Positions 42,391 to 53,572 of a stretch of DNA of 64,000 nucleotides are shown in pieces. The position numbers and the translations under genes are program-made. The notes beneath the pieces are model-generated. The model saw only the letters and a list, made by a program, of their open reading frames with translations, was not told the origin of the DNA and searched no databases. Position 1 is the first letter of the stretch. The number at the start of each line of letters is the position of its first letter. This stretch comes from Candidatus Latescibacterota bacterium (GTDB lineage Bacteria; Latescibacterota; CBDEFO01). The stretch covers positions 160,001 to 224,000 of the forward strand of contig CBDEFO010000004.1 in assembly GCA_965237525.1 (NCBI GenBank). Direction: 5' to 3'.

Positions 42391-42429
42391 ATTCTTGTGG
42401 AAGAGGTTCCTTGGGAGGTCAAAAAACCG

Positions 42430-43629
42430 ATGAAGAAACTTTTGCTGGATGATCTGGATCTTAGAGGAAAGCGAGTCCTCGCAAGAGTGGATTTCAACGT
42501 GCCGTTAGATGAAGACAGCAATGTGGCGGACGATACGAGGATAGTGGAGACCCTGCCTACTATAAGGAAAATACTAAGGGATGGCGGAAAAGCTGTGTTG
42601 ATGTCTCATCTGGGCAGACCCAGTGGAAAGGTACTTGACAAGCTCAAGATGGCTCCTGTCGCCGTGAAATTGGAGAAGCTTTTGGGAATGCCTGTGGTTT
42701 ATCCTTTAAACTGCCTTGCACCGGAGACAGAGGAGAAAGTGAACTCTTTGAAAAATGGAGAGTGCGCACTTTTGGAGAACCTACGCTTCCATCCCCAAGA
42801 GGAGACCAACGATCCAAAATTTTCAGAGAAGCTTTCCAAGTTAGGCGATCTCTATGTAAATGACGCCTTCGGTACAGCGCACAGGTCGCACGCCTCGACA
42901 CAAGGCGTGACAAAGTTCTTCTCACAAAGGGCGGCAGGCTACCTGATGGCAAAGGAGATAGATCATCTAAGCAGGATTTTGATTTCCCCTCAAAGACCCT
43001 TCGTAGCAGTCCTGGGCGGAGCGAAGATCTCAGGTAAGATAGATGTCATCGAAAATCTGTTAAAGAGAGTCGATTCGCTCCTTTTAGGTGGAGGAATGGC
43101 CTTTACGTTCTTCAGAGCACAGGGCCTCCAAACAGGTGACTCTCTGCTCGAAGAGGACAAAGTCAATTTGTCGGTCGAGATATTGAACAGGGCCAAAAAG
43201 CAGAAAGTTAAACTCCTACTCCCCTCAGACTGCCTGATAGCCGATGGCCTCTCCGAGGATGCACAAACTAAGGTCGTGGAGAGCAATGAGATCCCAACAG
43301 GATGGAGAGGACTGGACATAGGTCCCAGGACAGTCCAAGAATTTGCAGAAATGATCAAGAAGGCCAAGACGGTTTTCTGGAACGGGCCTATGGGAGTATT
43401 CGAGATGGAAAGGTTCGCTTGCGGGACTTACAGGATAGCCGAGGCAGTCGCTGAGGCGACAGATAGAGGAGCTTTAGCTGTCGTAGGAGGAGGTGACTCG
43501 GCAGCGGCCCTTGCCAAAGCAGGGGTCCAAGACAGGATGACTCATATCTCAACGGGTGGAGGAGCGTCCTTGGAGTTCCTTGAAGGAAAGCTCCTTCCGG
43601 GCGTTGCTGCACTGAGCGATAAGGATTGA
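42430..43629 (+). CDS. pgk: phosphoglycerate kinase
   Basis: RVDFNVP, SHLGRP, LLENLRF, NDAFGTAHR, WNGPMG and STGGGASLE. Confidence 0.97.
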   Translation: MKKLLLDDLDLRGKRVLARVDFNVPLDEDSNVADDTRIVETLPTIRKILRDGGKAVLMSHLGRPSGKVLDKLKMAPVAVKLEKLLGMPVVYPLNCLAPETEEKVNSLKNGECALLENLRFHPQEETNDPKFSEKLSKLGDLYVNDAFGTAHRSHASTQGVTKFFSQRAAGYLMAKEIDHLSRILISPQRPFVAVLGGAKISGKIDVIENLLKRVDSLLLGGGMAFTFFRAQGLQTGDSLLEEDKVNLSVEILNRAKKQKVKLLLPSDCLIADGLSEDAQTKVVESNEIPTGWRGLDIGPRTVQEFAEMIKKAKTVFWNGPMGVFEMERFACGTYRIAEAVAEATDRGALAVVGGGDSAAALAKAGVQDRMTHISTGGGASLEFLEGKLLPGVAALSDKD

Positions 43630-43719
43630 TATCCTATCGAAGAATCCCCTTTCTTGCCTGATCTCTCTCGTGGCTGTGGAAACATATCAAAGATTGCAGC
43701 GCTAATTCGGAGGCGAACG

Positions 43720-45039
43720 ATGGCGATAAGACCAAGCGAAGCTCTGGAGTACCACAGTTCAGGCCGCAGGGGGAAGATCGAAGTAATATGCACCAAACCG
43801 TGTACGACCCAAAGGCACCTATCTTTGGCATACACACCCGGAGTCGCCGAGCCTTGCAAAGAGATAGATAAAGACCCCGGAAAATCGTATCTTTACACGG
43901 CAAAGGCTAATCTTGTAGCTGTGGTAACTAACGGGACTGCGGTTTTGGGCTTGGGAAATATCGGGGCTTTGGCGGGAAAACCTGTGATGGAAGGCAAAGG
44001 TGTCCTTTTTAAGCGCTTTGCCGACATAGATGTGTTCGACCTGGAGCTGAACACCCAGGACCCTGCTGAGATTATCAGGACGGTTGAGATCATGGAGCCG
44101 ACTTTCGGAGGAGTTAATCTGGAGGACATAAAGGCCCCTGAGTGCTTCTATATCGAGGAGGAACTGAGAAAAAGGATGAACATCCCGGTGTTCCATGACG
44201 ACCAGCACGGAACAGCCATAATAACAGGGGTCGGCCTTGTGAACGCCCTCGAAATAGCAGGGAAAAAGATAGATGAGGTGAGGATCGTGTATAACGGAGC
44301 AGGAGCAGGGGGGATAGCCTGTGCCGATCTGAACATAAAGATGGGAGTAAGGCCGGAAAACATGATACTGTGCGACAGCAAGGGGGTTATCTATAAGGGC
44401 AGAAGGGAGGGAATGAACAAATATAAGGAGAGATTCGCGATCCAAACCAATAGGAGGAGCTTATCAGAGGCTATGGAAGGATGCGATGTCTTTATTGGGC
44501 TTTCGACAAAGGATGTCGTTTCAAGGGAGATGGTGGCGACGATGGCCCACAACCCCATTGTCTTTGCGCTTGCAAACCCCGACCCTGAGATCAGCTACGA
44601 GGACGCCATCAGCGTAAGGGATGACGTGATCATGGCTACAGGGAGGTCGGACTATCCGAATCAGGTCAATAACGTGCTCGGCTTTCCCTTTATCTTCAGA
44701 GGGGCACTGGACGTAAGAGCAAAGTCGATCAACGAAGAGATGAAGATAGCGGCGGTGCACGCCCTTGCAGATCTGGCAAAGGAAGATGTGCCAGATTCAG
44801 TATTGAAGGCCTACGACCTGGAGCAACTTAGATTCGGGAAAGATTATATAATTCCTAAGCCGTTCGACTACAGGGTGCCTCTTTGGGTAGCACCGGCCGT
44901 GGCCAAAGCGGCGATGGAAACAGGTGTCGCCAGGGTCAATATAGATGTAGATAAATATAAAGAGGAGTTGGAAAAAAGACTGAGGCCAAGTCATGACCTG
45001 CAGGACGATTCAGTTATCCCGGAAGCGTTGGTTGAGTAG
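43720..45039 (+). CDS. NAD(P)-dependent malic enzyme (no PTA domain)
   Basis: [28 protein letters not shown] and [13 protein letters not shown]. Confidence 0.92.
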   Translation: MAIRPSEALEYHSSGRRGKIEVICTKPCTTQRHLSLAYTPGVAEPCKEIDKDPGKSYLYTAKANLVAVVTNGTAVLGLGNIGALAGKPVMEGKGVLFKRFADIDVFDLELNTQDPAEIIRTVEIMEPTFGGVNLEDIKAPECFYIEEELRKRMNIPVFHDDQHGTAIITGVGLVNALEIAGKKIDEVRIVYNGAGAGGIACADLNIKMGVRPENMILCDSKGVIYKGRREGMNKYKERFAIQTNRRSLSEAMEGCDVFIGLSTKDVVSREMVATMAHNPIVFALANPDPEISYEDAISVRDDVIMATGRSDYPNQVNNVLGFPFIFRGALDVRAKSINEEMKIAAVHALADLAKEDVPDSVLKAYDLEQLRFGKDYIIPKPFDYRVPLWVAPAVAKAAMETGVARVNIDVDKYKEELEKRLRPSHDLQDDSVIPEALVE

Positions 45040-45086
45040 GAGAGTGCGTGACGTGTCAAGACCAAAGGAGAAAAGGTGACTTGAGC

Positions 45087-45542
45087 ATGAAATCTGTCGT
45101 ACGGCTGTATGCGGTTGCCCTAGTTCTGCTCTTAACTTGCTCTTTTGGCAAGGCGGCCGCCCAAGACGATACATCTCCAACACAGGTGGACTGGCCCTAT
45201 CAGATCGCCAAAGTGTTCCTTGCCCTAATTATCATCGTAGGATTGATCTATTTAACTATCTTTCTGCTCAGGAAGTCCATCTATAAAGGTTCACACGGAG
45301 CAAGTGGAGATCTCGTAAGGATCCTATCATCAGTTTACCTGGGACCTAAGAGGGCTATCTTTCTGGTCAAGGTCGCAGGTCGGATACTCGTCTTAGGAGT
45401 CACGGACGAAACCATTTCCACTCTTTCTGAAATTACAGATGAAGAGACCATAAGCCAAATCGTGTCAGTTTCTCAAGAAGGCAAAGGGACCTATCCCAAA
45501 AAATTTTCAGAATATCTCAGTTCCCTAAGAGGTAAAACATGA
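45087..45542 (+). CDS. fliO: flagellar biosynthesis protein FliO
   Basis: TM helix followed by LGPKRAIFLVKVAGRILVLGVTD..ISTLSEI. Confidence 0.8.
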   Translation: MKSVVRLYAVALVLLLTCSFGKAAAQDDTSPTQVDWPYQIAKVFLALIIIVGLIYLTIFLLRKSIYKGSHGASGDLVRILSSVYLGPKRAIFLVKVAGRILVLGVTDETISTLSEITDEETISQIVSVSQEGKGTYPKKFSEYLSSLRGKT

Positions 45543-45754
45543 GTAAGTGGGCAGATGAGAATGGTTCCGCTTCGCGTCTCCTTCGGGGTCGGGGTTTCAC
45601 CCCCTGCATTGACTGAAGGTCAAGTCAAACAATGTCATTGCCACCCTCGATTTAATCGGGGGCAGCCAAGCAATCTCGAAGGCTTTCCCGATTCTTTCGA
45701 GAAAACTGAATAGTCCTGACCCGGATGCGGTATACTTCACCTGCGGAGATTCGA

Positions 45755-46543
45755 GTGGTCAAATTCAATTACGATCAAACAGATATACAGCTGCGTTACG
45801 AGGAATCCAGAAGACTGCCTGAGGAGACCCTGACGCTGTGGCTCGAAACGATCTCGAAGTATGTGCCCCAAGATTCGACGAAGACTATTATGGATCTGGG
45901 TTGCGGCACCGGCAGATTTATGGAGGGCCTTTCCGATCACTTCAAAGCGAGAGTCTACGGGATAGACCCTTCTCGGAAGATGTTGACCGTAGCCAGACAA
46001 TCCCTCACTTCCCCTCTGGTTCGATTTATCCGTGGATCAGCCGAAAGCATTCCGCTGGATGATAAAGTAGCCGACCTGGTGTTTCTTTCGATGGTCTATC
46101 ACCATATCCAAGACCGAAGCGAGGCCATACGCGAGTTCAAGAGAATATTGAGGATGGACGGATTCCTGTGTATTCGCACGTCGACCCGAGAAAGTATGGA
46201 CTCCTACCGCTGGCTTGGGTTCTTCCCCAAGGCGCGCCAGATCGAACTTTCCCGCACCTCATCCAGAAGAGGTATAACGGATTTCTTGCAGGACAATGGA
46301 TTCGATCTAAAGGGACATACTGTTGTCCATCATCTATTCGCAGAAAACTTTCACCACTACTTTGAGAAGATAAGTCTCAGGGGGTTATCGAGCCTCCAAG
46401 CGATCAGGGATGATGAGTTCAAAGAAGGTCTAATTGGACTGAAAAAGTACTGTCAGGAACAAAAAACAGGAGATGCCGTTTTCGAAGACATCGATCTTTT
46501 CGTCTTCCGTTTGCGACTATCGCCGACATCGCAAGTAGCTTGA
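45755..46543 (+). CDS. class I SAM-dependent methyltransferase
   Basis: MDLGCGTG, GIDPS..ML, AESIPL and YHHI. Confidence 0.88.
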   Translation: MVKFNYDQTDIQLRYEESRRLPEETLTLWLETISKYVPQDSTKTIMDLGCGTGRFMEGLSDHFKARVYGIDPSRKMLTVARQSLTSPLVRFIRGSAESIPLDDKVADLVFLSMVYHHIQDRSEAIREFKRILRMDGFLCIRTSTRESMDSYRWLGFFPKARQIELSRTSSRRGITDFLQDNGFDLKGHTVVHHLFAENFHHYFEKISLRGLSSLQAIRDDEFKEGLIGLKKYCQEQKTGDAVFEDIDLFVFRLRLSPTSQVA

Positions 46544-46583
46544 ACGATCACAGAACGTAATGTCCACTGGAGAGTGAGATAAA

Positions 46584-47039
46584 ATGCAGAGATTGAGTAT
46601 ATCTGAAGAGATAAAGAGGAATTTAGAAGAGGTTTTGGATATTTCCTCAAGAGCACATAAGATCACAGAAGGAATCCAGGATCTGGCCCGAGATCAAGAT
46701 TTAGAAGTTCTGCATGAAAGAGTCGAGTACAGAGGAAAGTTGTTCTCTCAAGTGGAAGCGATTCAGGGTGTCCTGGAGAGTTTGAAAGGGAAGTTGAAGG
46801 ACGTCAACGAAAACGAAAAGCAACGCACCAAGAGACTCTGCCAACCCCTGATCGAGCAGATCCAGAATGTAATGAAGAAACACGGGAAGGTTGAAGAAGA
46901 GACAGTTCGATTCCTTCAAGACCAGATAAAAGATACAGAGGAGGGGCTAAAGGGTATCAGCGATCTCAAGAAGCTGTCGAAGGGCTATTTGGAGATGTGG
47001 AGAGATAAGGATCGGATCGTAGATATCCTCGGCGATTAG
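46584..47039 (+). CDS. coiled-coil hypothetical protein (possibly FlgN/FliT-like)
   Basis: All-helical 151-aa ORF ending in GY...D..G. Confidence 0.5.
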   Translation: MQRLSISEEIKRNLEEVLDISSRAHKITEGIQDLARDQDLEVLHERVEYRGKLFSQVEAIQGVLESLKGKLKDVNENEKQRTKRLCQPLIEQIQNVMKKHGKVEEETVRFLQDQIKDTEEGLKGISDLKKLSKGYLEMWRDKDRIVDILGD

Positions 47040-47150
47040 GTATCGTCTTCCCCTCAAAAAGTATCGGTGGGTCGGACCACTTCGTGACTTGTTGCCTCTC
47101 CGGCAAAGCGGCCACTCTGCCCAGTCTGACGAAGACCTCTTTCAGGGTCC

Positions 47151-47567
47151 TCAAAGCCGATAGAGCATCCAGTATACAATTACTCCTGTGACCGAGACGT
47201 ACATCCATAAGGGAAGGCAGATTCGTGCGATCCTCATGTGTCTTTCAAACTGCTCTTTCCATGCTCGGTAGAGGGTTATTGAGGCCAGTGGAAGGATAAG
47301 GACAGCAAGGGCAATGTGTGAAATGAGAATAGTAAAGTAAACGAGTCGAATCGAGCCGCGTCCTAAAAAGGGCACTGATCCGACATGGTAGTGATAAAAA
47401 AGATAGGAAGTCAAAAATAGCACAGAGGTCGCAAACGCCGAGAGCATAAAGACCTTATGTGCCCTTACCATCCTTCGGCGAATGAACACGTAACCTGTGG
47501 TAAGCAAGAGGGCGCTGACGCCATTTAATGTAGCGTTGACTGTGGGCAGATCAGATATGGAGATCAA
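47151..47567 (-). CDS. DUF420 (CtaM-like) membrane protein
   Basis: LPTVNATLN, FLTSYLFYH, ILISH and LWMYVSVTG. Confidence 0.9.
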   Translation of the reverse strand: MISISDLPTVNATLNGVSALLLTTGYVFIRRRMVRAHKVFMLSAFATSVLFLTSYLFYHYHVGSVPFLGRGSIRLVYFTILISHIALAVLILPLASITLYRAWKEQFERHMRIARICLPLWMYVSVTGVIVYWMLYRL

Positions 47568-48223
47568 ATGGACTCCTCCTTCAGCAGGACTCCCACGTCG
47601 GTTAAGATTCGCTGATGCAATTGTGTGTCGGTGCTGTGGTAGTATCCCCGAATCTGTCCCTGTCGGTCAACGAGTGCGAATCTGAGGCTGTGGACGATGG
47701 GCGCATCCATAATATCCGGGGCGTCCGGATTCCTGTCAAAATTGTCGCCGACGCCCAGGTGGAATCCTTCCTTGGAGAGGCGGTAGATTGCCCCTTTCTC
47801 TCCGGTTAAAAAGAGCCATTGGCCCTGCTTTGCCCGGTAGTGATCGGCGTACGCCGATAGAACCTCGGGAGTATCCCGTTCGGGGTCGACGCTAAAGGAG
47901 ACCAAAAGGACGTCGTCCGCCCTGTCCAGTGAGATCTGCAGTGCGGACATCTGAGAGGACATCAGTGGACAGGTACCCTGGCAGTTTGTGAAGATGAAAT
48001 CAGCAATCCAGATTTTGCCCTGTAAGTCCCTCAGTCCCAGCGGTCTTCCGCTCCTTTCGATCAGAGAAAACTCCGGAACACGGCCGTAGACAGGCAGTGG
48101 CTTAAGACGCCCGCTTTGGCCTTCCACAAAGCTGTTCCAGGTCCATATCGCCGCGACTGCTACCAGAACCAGTACCAGAATGCCCCACAGGAGCTGATTT
48201 CGGATTAGGTTTTCTTTTTTCAT
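47564..48223 (-). CDS. SCO family copper chaperone
   Basis: FIFTNCQGTCP (CxxxC), SVDPERDT and HS..FALVD. Confidence 0.92.
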   Translation of the reverse strand: MKKENLIRNQLLWGILVLVLVAVAAIWTWNSFVEGQSGRLKPLPVYGRVPEFSLIERSGRPLGLRDLQGKIWIADFIFTNCQGTCPLMSSQMSALQISLDRADDVLLVSFSVDPERDTPEVLSAYADHYRAKQGQWLFLTGEKGAIYRLSKEGFHLGVGDNFDRNPDAPDIMDAPIVHSLRFALVDRQGQIRGYYHSTDTQLHQRILTDVGVLLKEESI

Positions 48224-48339
48224 CGCGGAACGGACATGAATACAAAGCCCATGATATGTAGAAATTTCACAATGTGATAAAGGTTCTCCATTTTGGTCTC
48301 CTCTGATGGGACTGACACCTCAGAATAGCTCTGATACCT

Positions 48340-48918
48340 TCACTCCTGTGTTACCGCAGCCGGAACACCATCTGGCTCTATCTCAGCGGGAGGATGGATA
48401 TCGAAGGCATCGGCGATGCGCACAAAGAGGTTGAAGAGCGCCCCATCGTAGACCGCCTCTGCGATCTGCGCGTCCGTCCATCCCACCTCACGAAGGGCCT
48501 GAACTTGTTCGTCGGTAATCCGATACGCATGCCGCGTCAAGGTGCCAACAAATTCTAGCAGAAGACGTTCCGCAGGGGTTACCGGCGCTTGGTCCAAGTC
48601 TCCGTCGCGCAGCGCCTTTGCCGTCTCGATGTATTCTTCTCCCTGCAACTGCAGGAACCACGTGTGGCTACTGAGTCAATAGTGACAGCGGTTCAGTGCC
48701 GACACGTACGAAGCGATCATCTCGTGTTGGGCACAGGTGAGCGCTCCATCCGAAAAGTGCAGGCGCGCCGCATCCGTTATCGCCGCTAAAAAGTCAGGAC
48801 GTAGGCTCATCGTGTGTAAGATGTCAGGCACATGCCCGTCCTTTGATCGGGCTGCGTCGAAGAGTTCTGCAAGCTGCCCGCGAGCGTCAACATCCTCGAT
48901 CCAAGCAATCCGTGGCAT
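48340..48918 (-). CDS. AhpD-like (CMD family) peroxidase, probable selenoprotein (TGA at 48676-48678)
   Basis: The two ORFs are in frame (..VSALNRCHY-TGA-LSSH..); SECIS-like hairpin downstream; 193 codons including the stop. Confidence 0.85.
48640..48657 (-). promoter_or_regulatory. putative bacterial SECIS element
   Basis: TTCCTGC-AGTT-GCAGGGA hairpin; the G-containing loop begins 25 nt 3' of the UGA. Confidence 0.6.
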
Positions 48919-49807
48919 GGTGAATATCCTCCTTTGGCTTAAAAATTTGCCTGGTGTTTTTCTTTAAAGACTTGTTGAGGCTCCTCCCAGTGGACGTTCC
49001 ACCCGTGATGCGACGTTTCACCATAATCAGCGAGGTCACAAAGGTCGTCATAGCAAAGAGGATCGTAATCGTCAAAGACAAAAAAAGTGAAGGAAGGGCT
49101 CCCGTCGGATGTCCAAGATAGAGGCAATGCCGCAAGGCGGCCATCCCATAGGTTACGGGATTTAGCCACATCACAACCTGAAGCCAAGAGGGAACTCCAG
49201 AGATTGGAAAGACCGCTCCGGAAAGGAGCCACAGTGGAATCAAAAAAAGGTTCATAATGGCGTGAAATCCGGCTGTGGAATCCATACACCATGCAATCGA
49301 AAACCCAAGACCCGTCATCCCGAAGGCGATCAGGAAGATCGTCCCCACAGTGTAGATGAAGCTTGCCGGGGTGGTGGAAATCCCCACAGTGAAGGATAAT
49401 GCCAGAAAAAGGATCCCCTGAAAGAGCGCCATCGTGGCGCCTCCTGAGATCTTCCCCAAGACGAGACTCGATCTGGAGATGGGGGAGACCAGAACGGACT
49501 GCAGAAATCCCTCCCGACGATCTTCCACGATGGAAATGGTGGAAAATATCGCCGTGAAGAGGAGGATCAAGAGGAGCGTCCCCGGATAAAAGTATTCTAT
49601 GTAGGTTACATCTTCTGGCAAGGAAGACGAATGGAAGGAAGCGCCGAATCCTGATCCGATAAATATCCAGAAAAGCACCGGCTGTCCGAAAGCACCGATC
49701 ATGCGATTTCGATCCCGATAAAACCTGACAAGCTCACGAACCCATAGGGTCGCGATGGGGAGCAGAAAACTTATCCGTTTGTTTTGGGTCTTATCCTCAG
49801 TAATCAT
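48887..49807 (-). CDS. ABC-2 type transporter permease
   Basis: Multiple TM helices; IVEDRREGFLQ, LSGAVFP and LNPVTYG. Confidence 0.88.
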   Translation of the reverse strand: MITEDKTQNKRISFLLPIATLWVRELVRFYRDRNRMIGAFGQPVLFWIFIGSGFGASFHSSSLPEDVTYIEYFYPGTLLLILLFTAIFSTISIVEDRREGFLQSVLVSPISRSSLVLGKISGGATMALFQGILFLALSFTVGISTTPASFIYTVGTIFLIAFGMTGLGFSIAWCMDSTAGFHAIMNLFLIPLWLLSGAVFPISGVPSWLQVVMWLNPVTYGMAALRHCLYLGHPTGALPSLFLSLTITILFAMTTFVTSLIMVKRRITGGTSTGRSLNKSLKKNTRQIFKPKEDIHHATDCLDRGC

Positions 49808-50754
49808 GGCAAAGCAGTAACCTCTCCATCCACTTCAAAGCGGTGTCCTGTCTTTTGGATAAAGACATCCTCAAGGGTGGGTTTTCCAAAGGTTACTGAT
49901 TGGATCTTCTCTTTGAAAGTGTCAAATAGCTGAGCCACAAATTGGTGCCCGTCCTGGCATTCGATCCGTATCGCGCTATTCAATATTGTGGACTCTACGC
50001 CGAATCTGCGAGAAATGTCCTCTTTAAGATCTTTCGGATCTTGGGTTTTAAGGACGATGACGTCCCCTCCGATCAATCTTTTGAGCGAATCGGGAGAATC
50101 CACTGCCGCGAGCTTGCCCTGATCTATGATCCCGATTCGGTCGCATCGTTCCGCTTCTTCGACAAAATGCGTCGTCAAAAGGACGGTGACGCTGTGTCGA
50201 TCCCTCAACTCTTCAAGGTTCTTCCAAAAATTTCGTCGAGCCCCCGGATCCAATCCAGTAGACGGTTCATCAAATATGAGAAGGCCTGGTTTGTGCAGGA
50301 GTCCCTTGGCCAATTCGACTCGCCGCCGAAGCCCTCCAGACAGGTTTTCCACAAGCTCCTCAGCACGGTCAGGTAGTCCTACAACCGTGAGGACTTCCTC
50401 CGTGCGAGACTTAAGATAGCTCCCGTAAAGGCCGTAAAGATGACCCTGGTGACGCAGGTTTTCCGTGACGGTTAATTTTCGGTCGAGGCTCGGATTTTGA
50501 AAAACGACGCCGATGCGCCTCCTTATCGCGTCGGGATTTTCAAAAATATCCAAACCGAAGATATGCACCCTCCCTTCGGTCGGACAGATGAGCGTGGAGA
50601 GAATCCTGAACAGAGTGGTCTTACCGCCTCCGTTGGGTCCAAGCAGCCCGAAGATCTCACCTTGCCCCACAGTAAAACTGATCCCACAAAGGGCTGTTCG
50701 TTCTCCGTAGTTGTGATAGAGGTCTTCAAGTTCTATGACGGATGGATCGCCCAT
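49804..50754 (-). CDS. ABC transporter ATP-binding protein
   Basis: GPNGGGKT, LSGG, DEPSTGLDP and TTH. Confidence 0.92.
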   Translation of the reverse strand: MGDPSVIELEDLYHNYGERTALCGISFTVGQGEIFGLLGPNGGGKTTLFRILSTLICPTEGRVHIFGLDIFENPDAIRRRIGVVFQNPSLDRKLTVTENLRHQGHLYGLYGSYLKSRTEEVLTVVGLPDRAEELVENLSGGLRRRVELAKGLLHKPGLLIFDEPSTGLDPGARRNFWKNLEELRDRHSVTVLLTTHFVEEAERCDRIGIIDQGKLAAVDSPDSLKRLIGGDVIVLKTQDPKDLKEDISRRFGVESTILNSAIRIECQDGHQFVAQLFDTFKEKIQSVTFGKPTLEDVFIQKTGHRFEVDGEVTALP

Positions 50755-51099
50755 TTTTCCCCAAAAAGTTCTGCGCGCACTTCTCCACCTCGCGGCTTCC
50801 TGCCTCCCAGTAAAGTGGCCATGTCACCCACGTTGTGGCTCGCTGACACTGTGTACCCCCTGCAAAAAGAGGTGGCAGCAACGCTATAGTGCACACACCA
50901 CCTTTCTGGGGTTCCTCATAGTGCCCACTGCTATTGAAGATCACCTATGAGTTTTGTTACGCCTCGCATCTCCTCGGGGTTGAGGTTTGACCTATCGCAA
51001 TGACATTGCTGGACTACGGCATTCAGTCATTGCACGCCGAAGCCGAGCGCGAAAGGAATTTTAAGCGAAGCAACCGCAATTCTCTCCCGGCGATGGGCG

Positions 51100-51393
51100 T
51101 TAAAAGAGTGTGCGATGCAGGTGTGTTTCTAAGATTCCAACAATGGCCAATAGAACAGTTAGTGGCAGGGGAACGGCAGCGATCAGGATGAGCCTGCGTC
51201 TTTCAAACTTCAAGTGCATATAGTAGAGGGCAACTAACAGTGCCTTAGTGAGAGCAAAAGCCACCAGAAACAAAGCCATGTAGAATTTGGGAATGGGTAG
51301 ATACCTGGCGCCCAGCACTTCAATCACTGTAAGCACCGTAAGCCACACCCACACGGCCATGTAATTGTCCTGCTCTTTGTGAGAATCGTTCAT
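51100..51393 (-). CDS. ctaF: cytochrome c oxidase subunit IV family protein
   Basis: LTVLTVIEV and KALLVALYYMHLKFE. Confidence 0.85.
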   Translation of the reverse strand: MNDSHKEQDNYMAVWVWLTVLTVIEVLGARYLPIPKFYMALFLVAFALTKALLVALYYMHLKFERRRLILIAAVPLPLTVLLAIVGILETHLHRTLF

Positions 51394-51722
51394 GAGGCTT
51401 TCTCCTTATCAAGTTACATGGATGCAACCAGATTACCATCGGATAATTGTCGCTGAAACACATCAAGTCGATGTTTTCATCGGGGCTTTCTCTGCCCTAT
51501 GCTGACCTCTCTTTGTTTAAAGTGCATGCACAACCCCCAGGGCTATCCACTAGGATATTGCGACGAAACTGACACATAAAAGTCTGATCGTTTGCTGTAT
51601 ATCTCTCTGTAGTCTGTGCCATCGGAAATTCTATGTCACAACCATCCTTCTCAGCCAGTGCGTCAGAGATCAGGTAGTTTCCAAACTAGACTGGGACACT
51701 TCCACTGACACCGAGCCTCCAT

Positions 51723-52597
51723 TCACTCAGTTGGATGTCCAAGGTCCAGCCAGGATGTCAGAACGCCATCCAGGAACACTTTGCTCTGCTTGGCCGCCGA
51801 GACCGGGTCGCTTTCATAGCCGGATCCGAATACATGCGCCGCGTACTCGACGGAAATGTACCCATCGTAATCTGTCTCCAGCATGGCATGGACCAGCCCG
51901 GCCCAGTCCACCTCGCCTTTTTCCCAGTGGCGGGAATTCAAAGTTCTGCCGGCTCCCCTTGGCATCCTTGGCGTGCATATGGACAATACGCTCGCGCAAG
52001 CGGCCAAATGCCTCGACGGCGTCGTCGCCGGCGGCCTTGTAATGGGACGGATCGAAGTTGACGTACAAGTCCTGACGCTCAATCAGCTCAATCAACCTGC
52101 AGATCGTCGAAAGGTTCCAGACTAAAAAACCTGGAAAGACGGCGGCCTCCATGGCGACCTTCACGCCTGGCTGGCGTATAATCGAGGCACTCGCACAGTT
52201 CCTCCACCAGCCATAGCCAGCAATGGCTCTCAGAGACCCCGTCAGGAACAATCCCGGAAAATACATGGACGACGTCTGTCCCCAGGTCCACTGCCAGGTC
52301 GACGGCGCCCTTGACAAAATTGCAGTTCACTTCGCGCCTGTACTCGTCAGGCTCAATGAGACTGACATGGGCACTCAAGGAGGATAGAGAAAGCCCTGCT
52401 GATCGCAGGGTCTGCCTAATTTCTTCGCGCTTGCTCTGTGCAAGGTCTGGCAAGATGTGTGGCTGGAAATGTGCTGCCGTCTCCATGTTCAACTCAATAG
52501 CCTGGTAACCGATCTCTCTCAGGATCTCCGTGGTCTGCTCTATGCCGTAATCGGTGAAACCGCTTGAATGAAAGCTTATCCCTCCCCCACGCCGCAT
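51723..52597 (-). pseudogene. sugar phosphate isomerase/epimerase, frameshifted
   Basis: GYQAIEL, AMEA, NFDPSH, HMHAKD and YISVEY split over three frames. Confidence 0.75.
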
Positions 52598-53425
52598 TCC
52601 TGCATCACTCCCTTCATGTAGCAGAAGCACTCGTCCTGCCAGACGTCCGGATCGATAGGATGTCCTGCATACAGTTGAGCGGTGAGGAAACCGGTGTAGC
52701 CGACCTCCTTGAGGGTCTTGACAAACATCTTCCAGTTCATCGTTCCATGCCCAGGAATGTTGTGTGCCAGCCCTATGCCCTGGCCTTCGTTGTCGCTGAA
52801 GTGGACATAGTACAAATACGGCGCGACCTTTCGGACGGCGTCGGTGATGTTGACATCGGTGATGTTCTGGTCTGCGGTATCAATCATCAGCCTGCAGCCC
52901 GCCATGTGGATCTCACGCATCATTCTGATGGTATCGTCCAGGGTAACAACGACCCGAGATTCCGAGGGCGTGAGCGTGTGCAGACACAGGGTCACTCAGG
53001 GAGGCGTGTTCTGCGACCTCTTTCATCCCCTCCCGGGGGTTCCAGGCCCAGGCCTGCTCGAAGTCGGTGTCGCTTATCATGTGACCGCTGATGACATTGA
53101 TGCGAGGACAGCCGACTTGTGCCGCCACGTCCACACACTTCTTGTAGTAATCGACGGTGTCGCGCCGGACCCACTCCTTAGAATACGAGAAGTTGTACTC
53201 CCGCGCCAGAGCCCCACCGACCACCGACAGCGCGGTGATCTCCAACCCCTGGTCTTCCACCAGCTTGCCAATTTCCTCGCGATCCCCGCGGTCACACACG
53301 ACATCCAGGTGCGGACCATATGCCCAGATATCCACCCCCTGAAAGCCGGTCTTGGCAATCCGGCGTATAGCTTCCTCCAGCGTCGTGTAGTCCAGGTAGA
53401 TCATCGTACAGGAAGATAGTTTCAT
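52576..53425 (-). pseudogene. sugar phosphate isomerase/epimerase, frameshifted
   Basis: GFQGVDIW, MIDTAD, YVHFSDN and PGHGTMNW split over frames. Confidence 0.75.
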
Positions 53426-53572
53426 TGCGATCATCCCCTTAACATGCGATCAGAATACCTCTACTGACAAGCAAAACCAGCTAACTCGACATCTTCGCCG
53501 TCCCAAGAGGAGCTGCCGCTTCATTGCCCCTCTCGAGCACTTACTTCGAGCTTACGCAGTCTCTCTTCAGAG

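Noticed and set aside
50726..51191. Small Cys-containing ORFs between ctaF and the ABC genes
   Set aside because: No RBS or motif support, and they partly overlap repeat-derived sequence.
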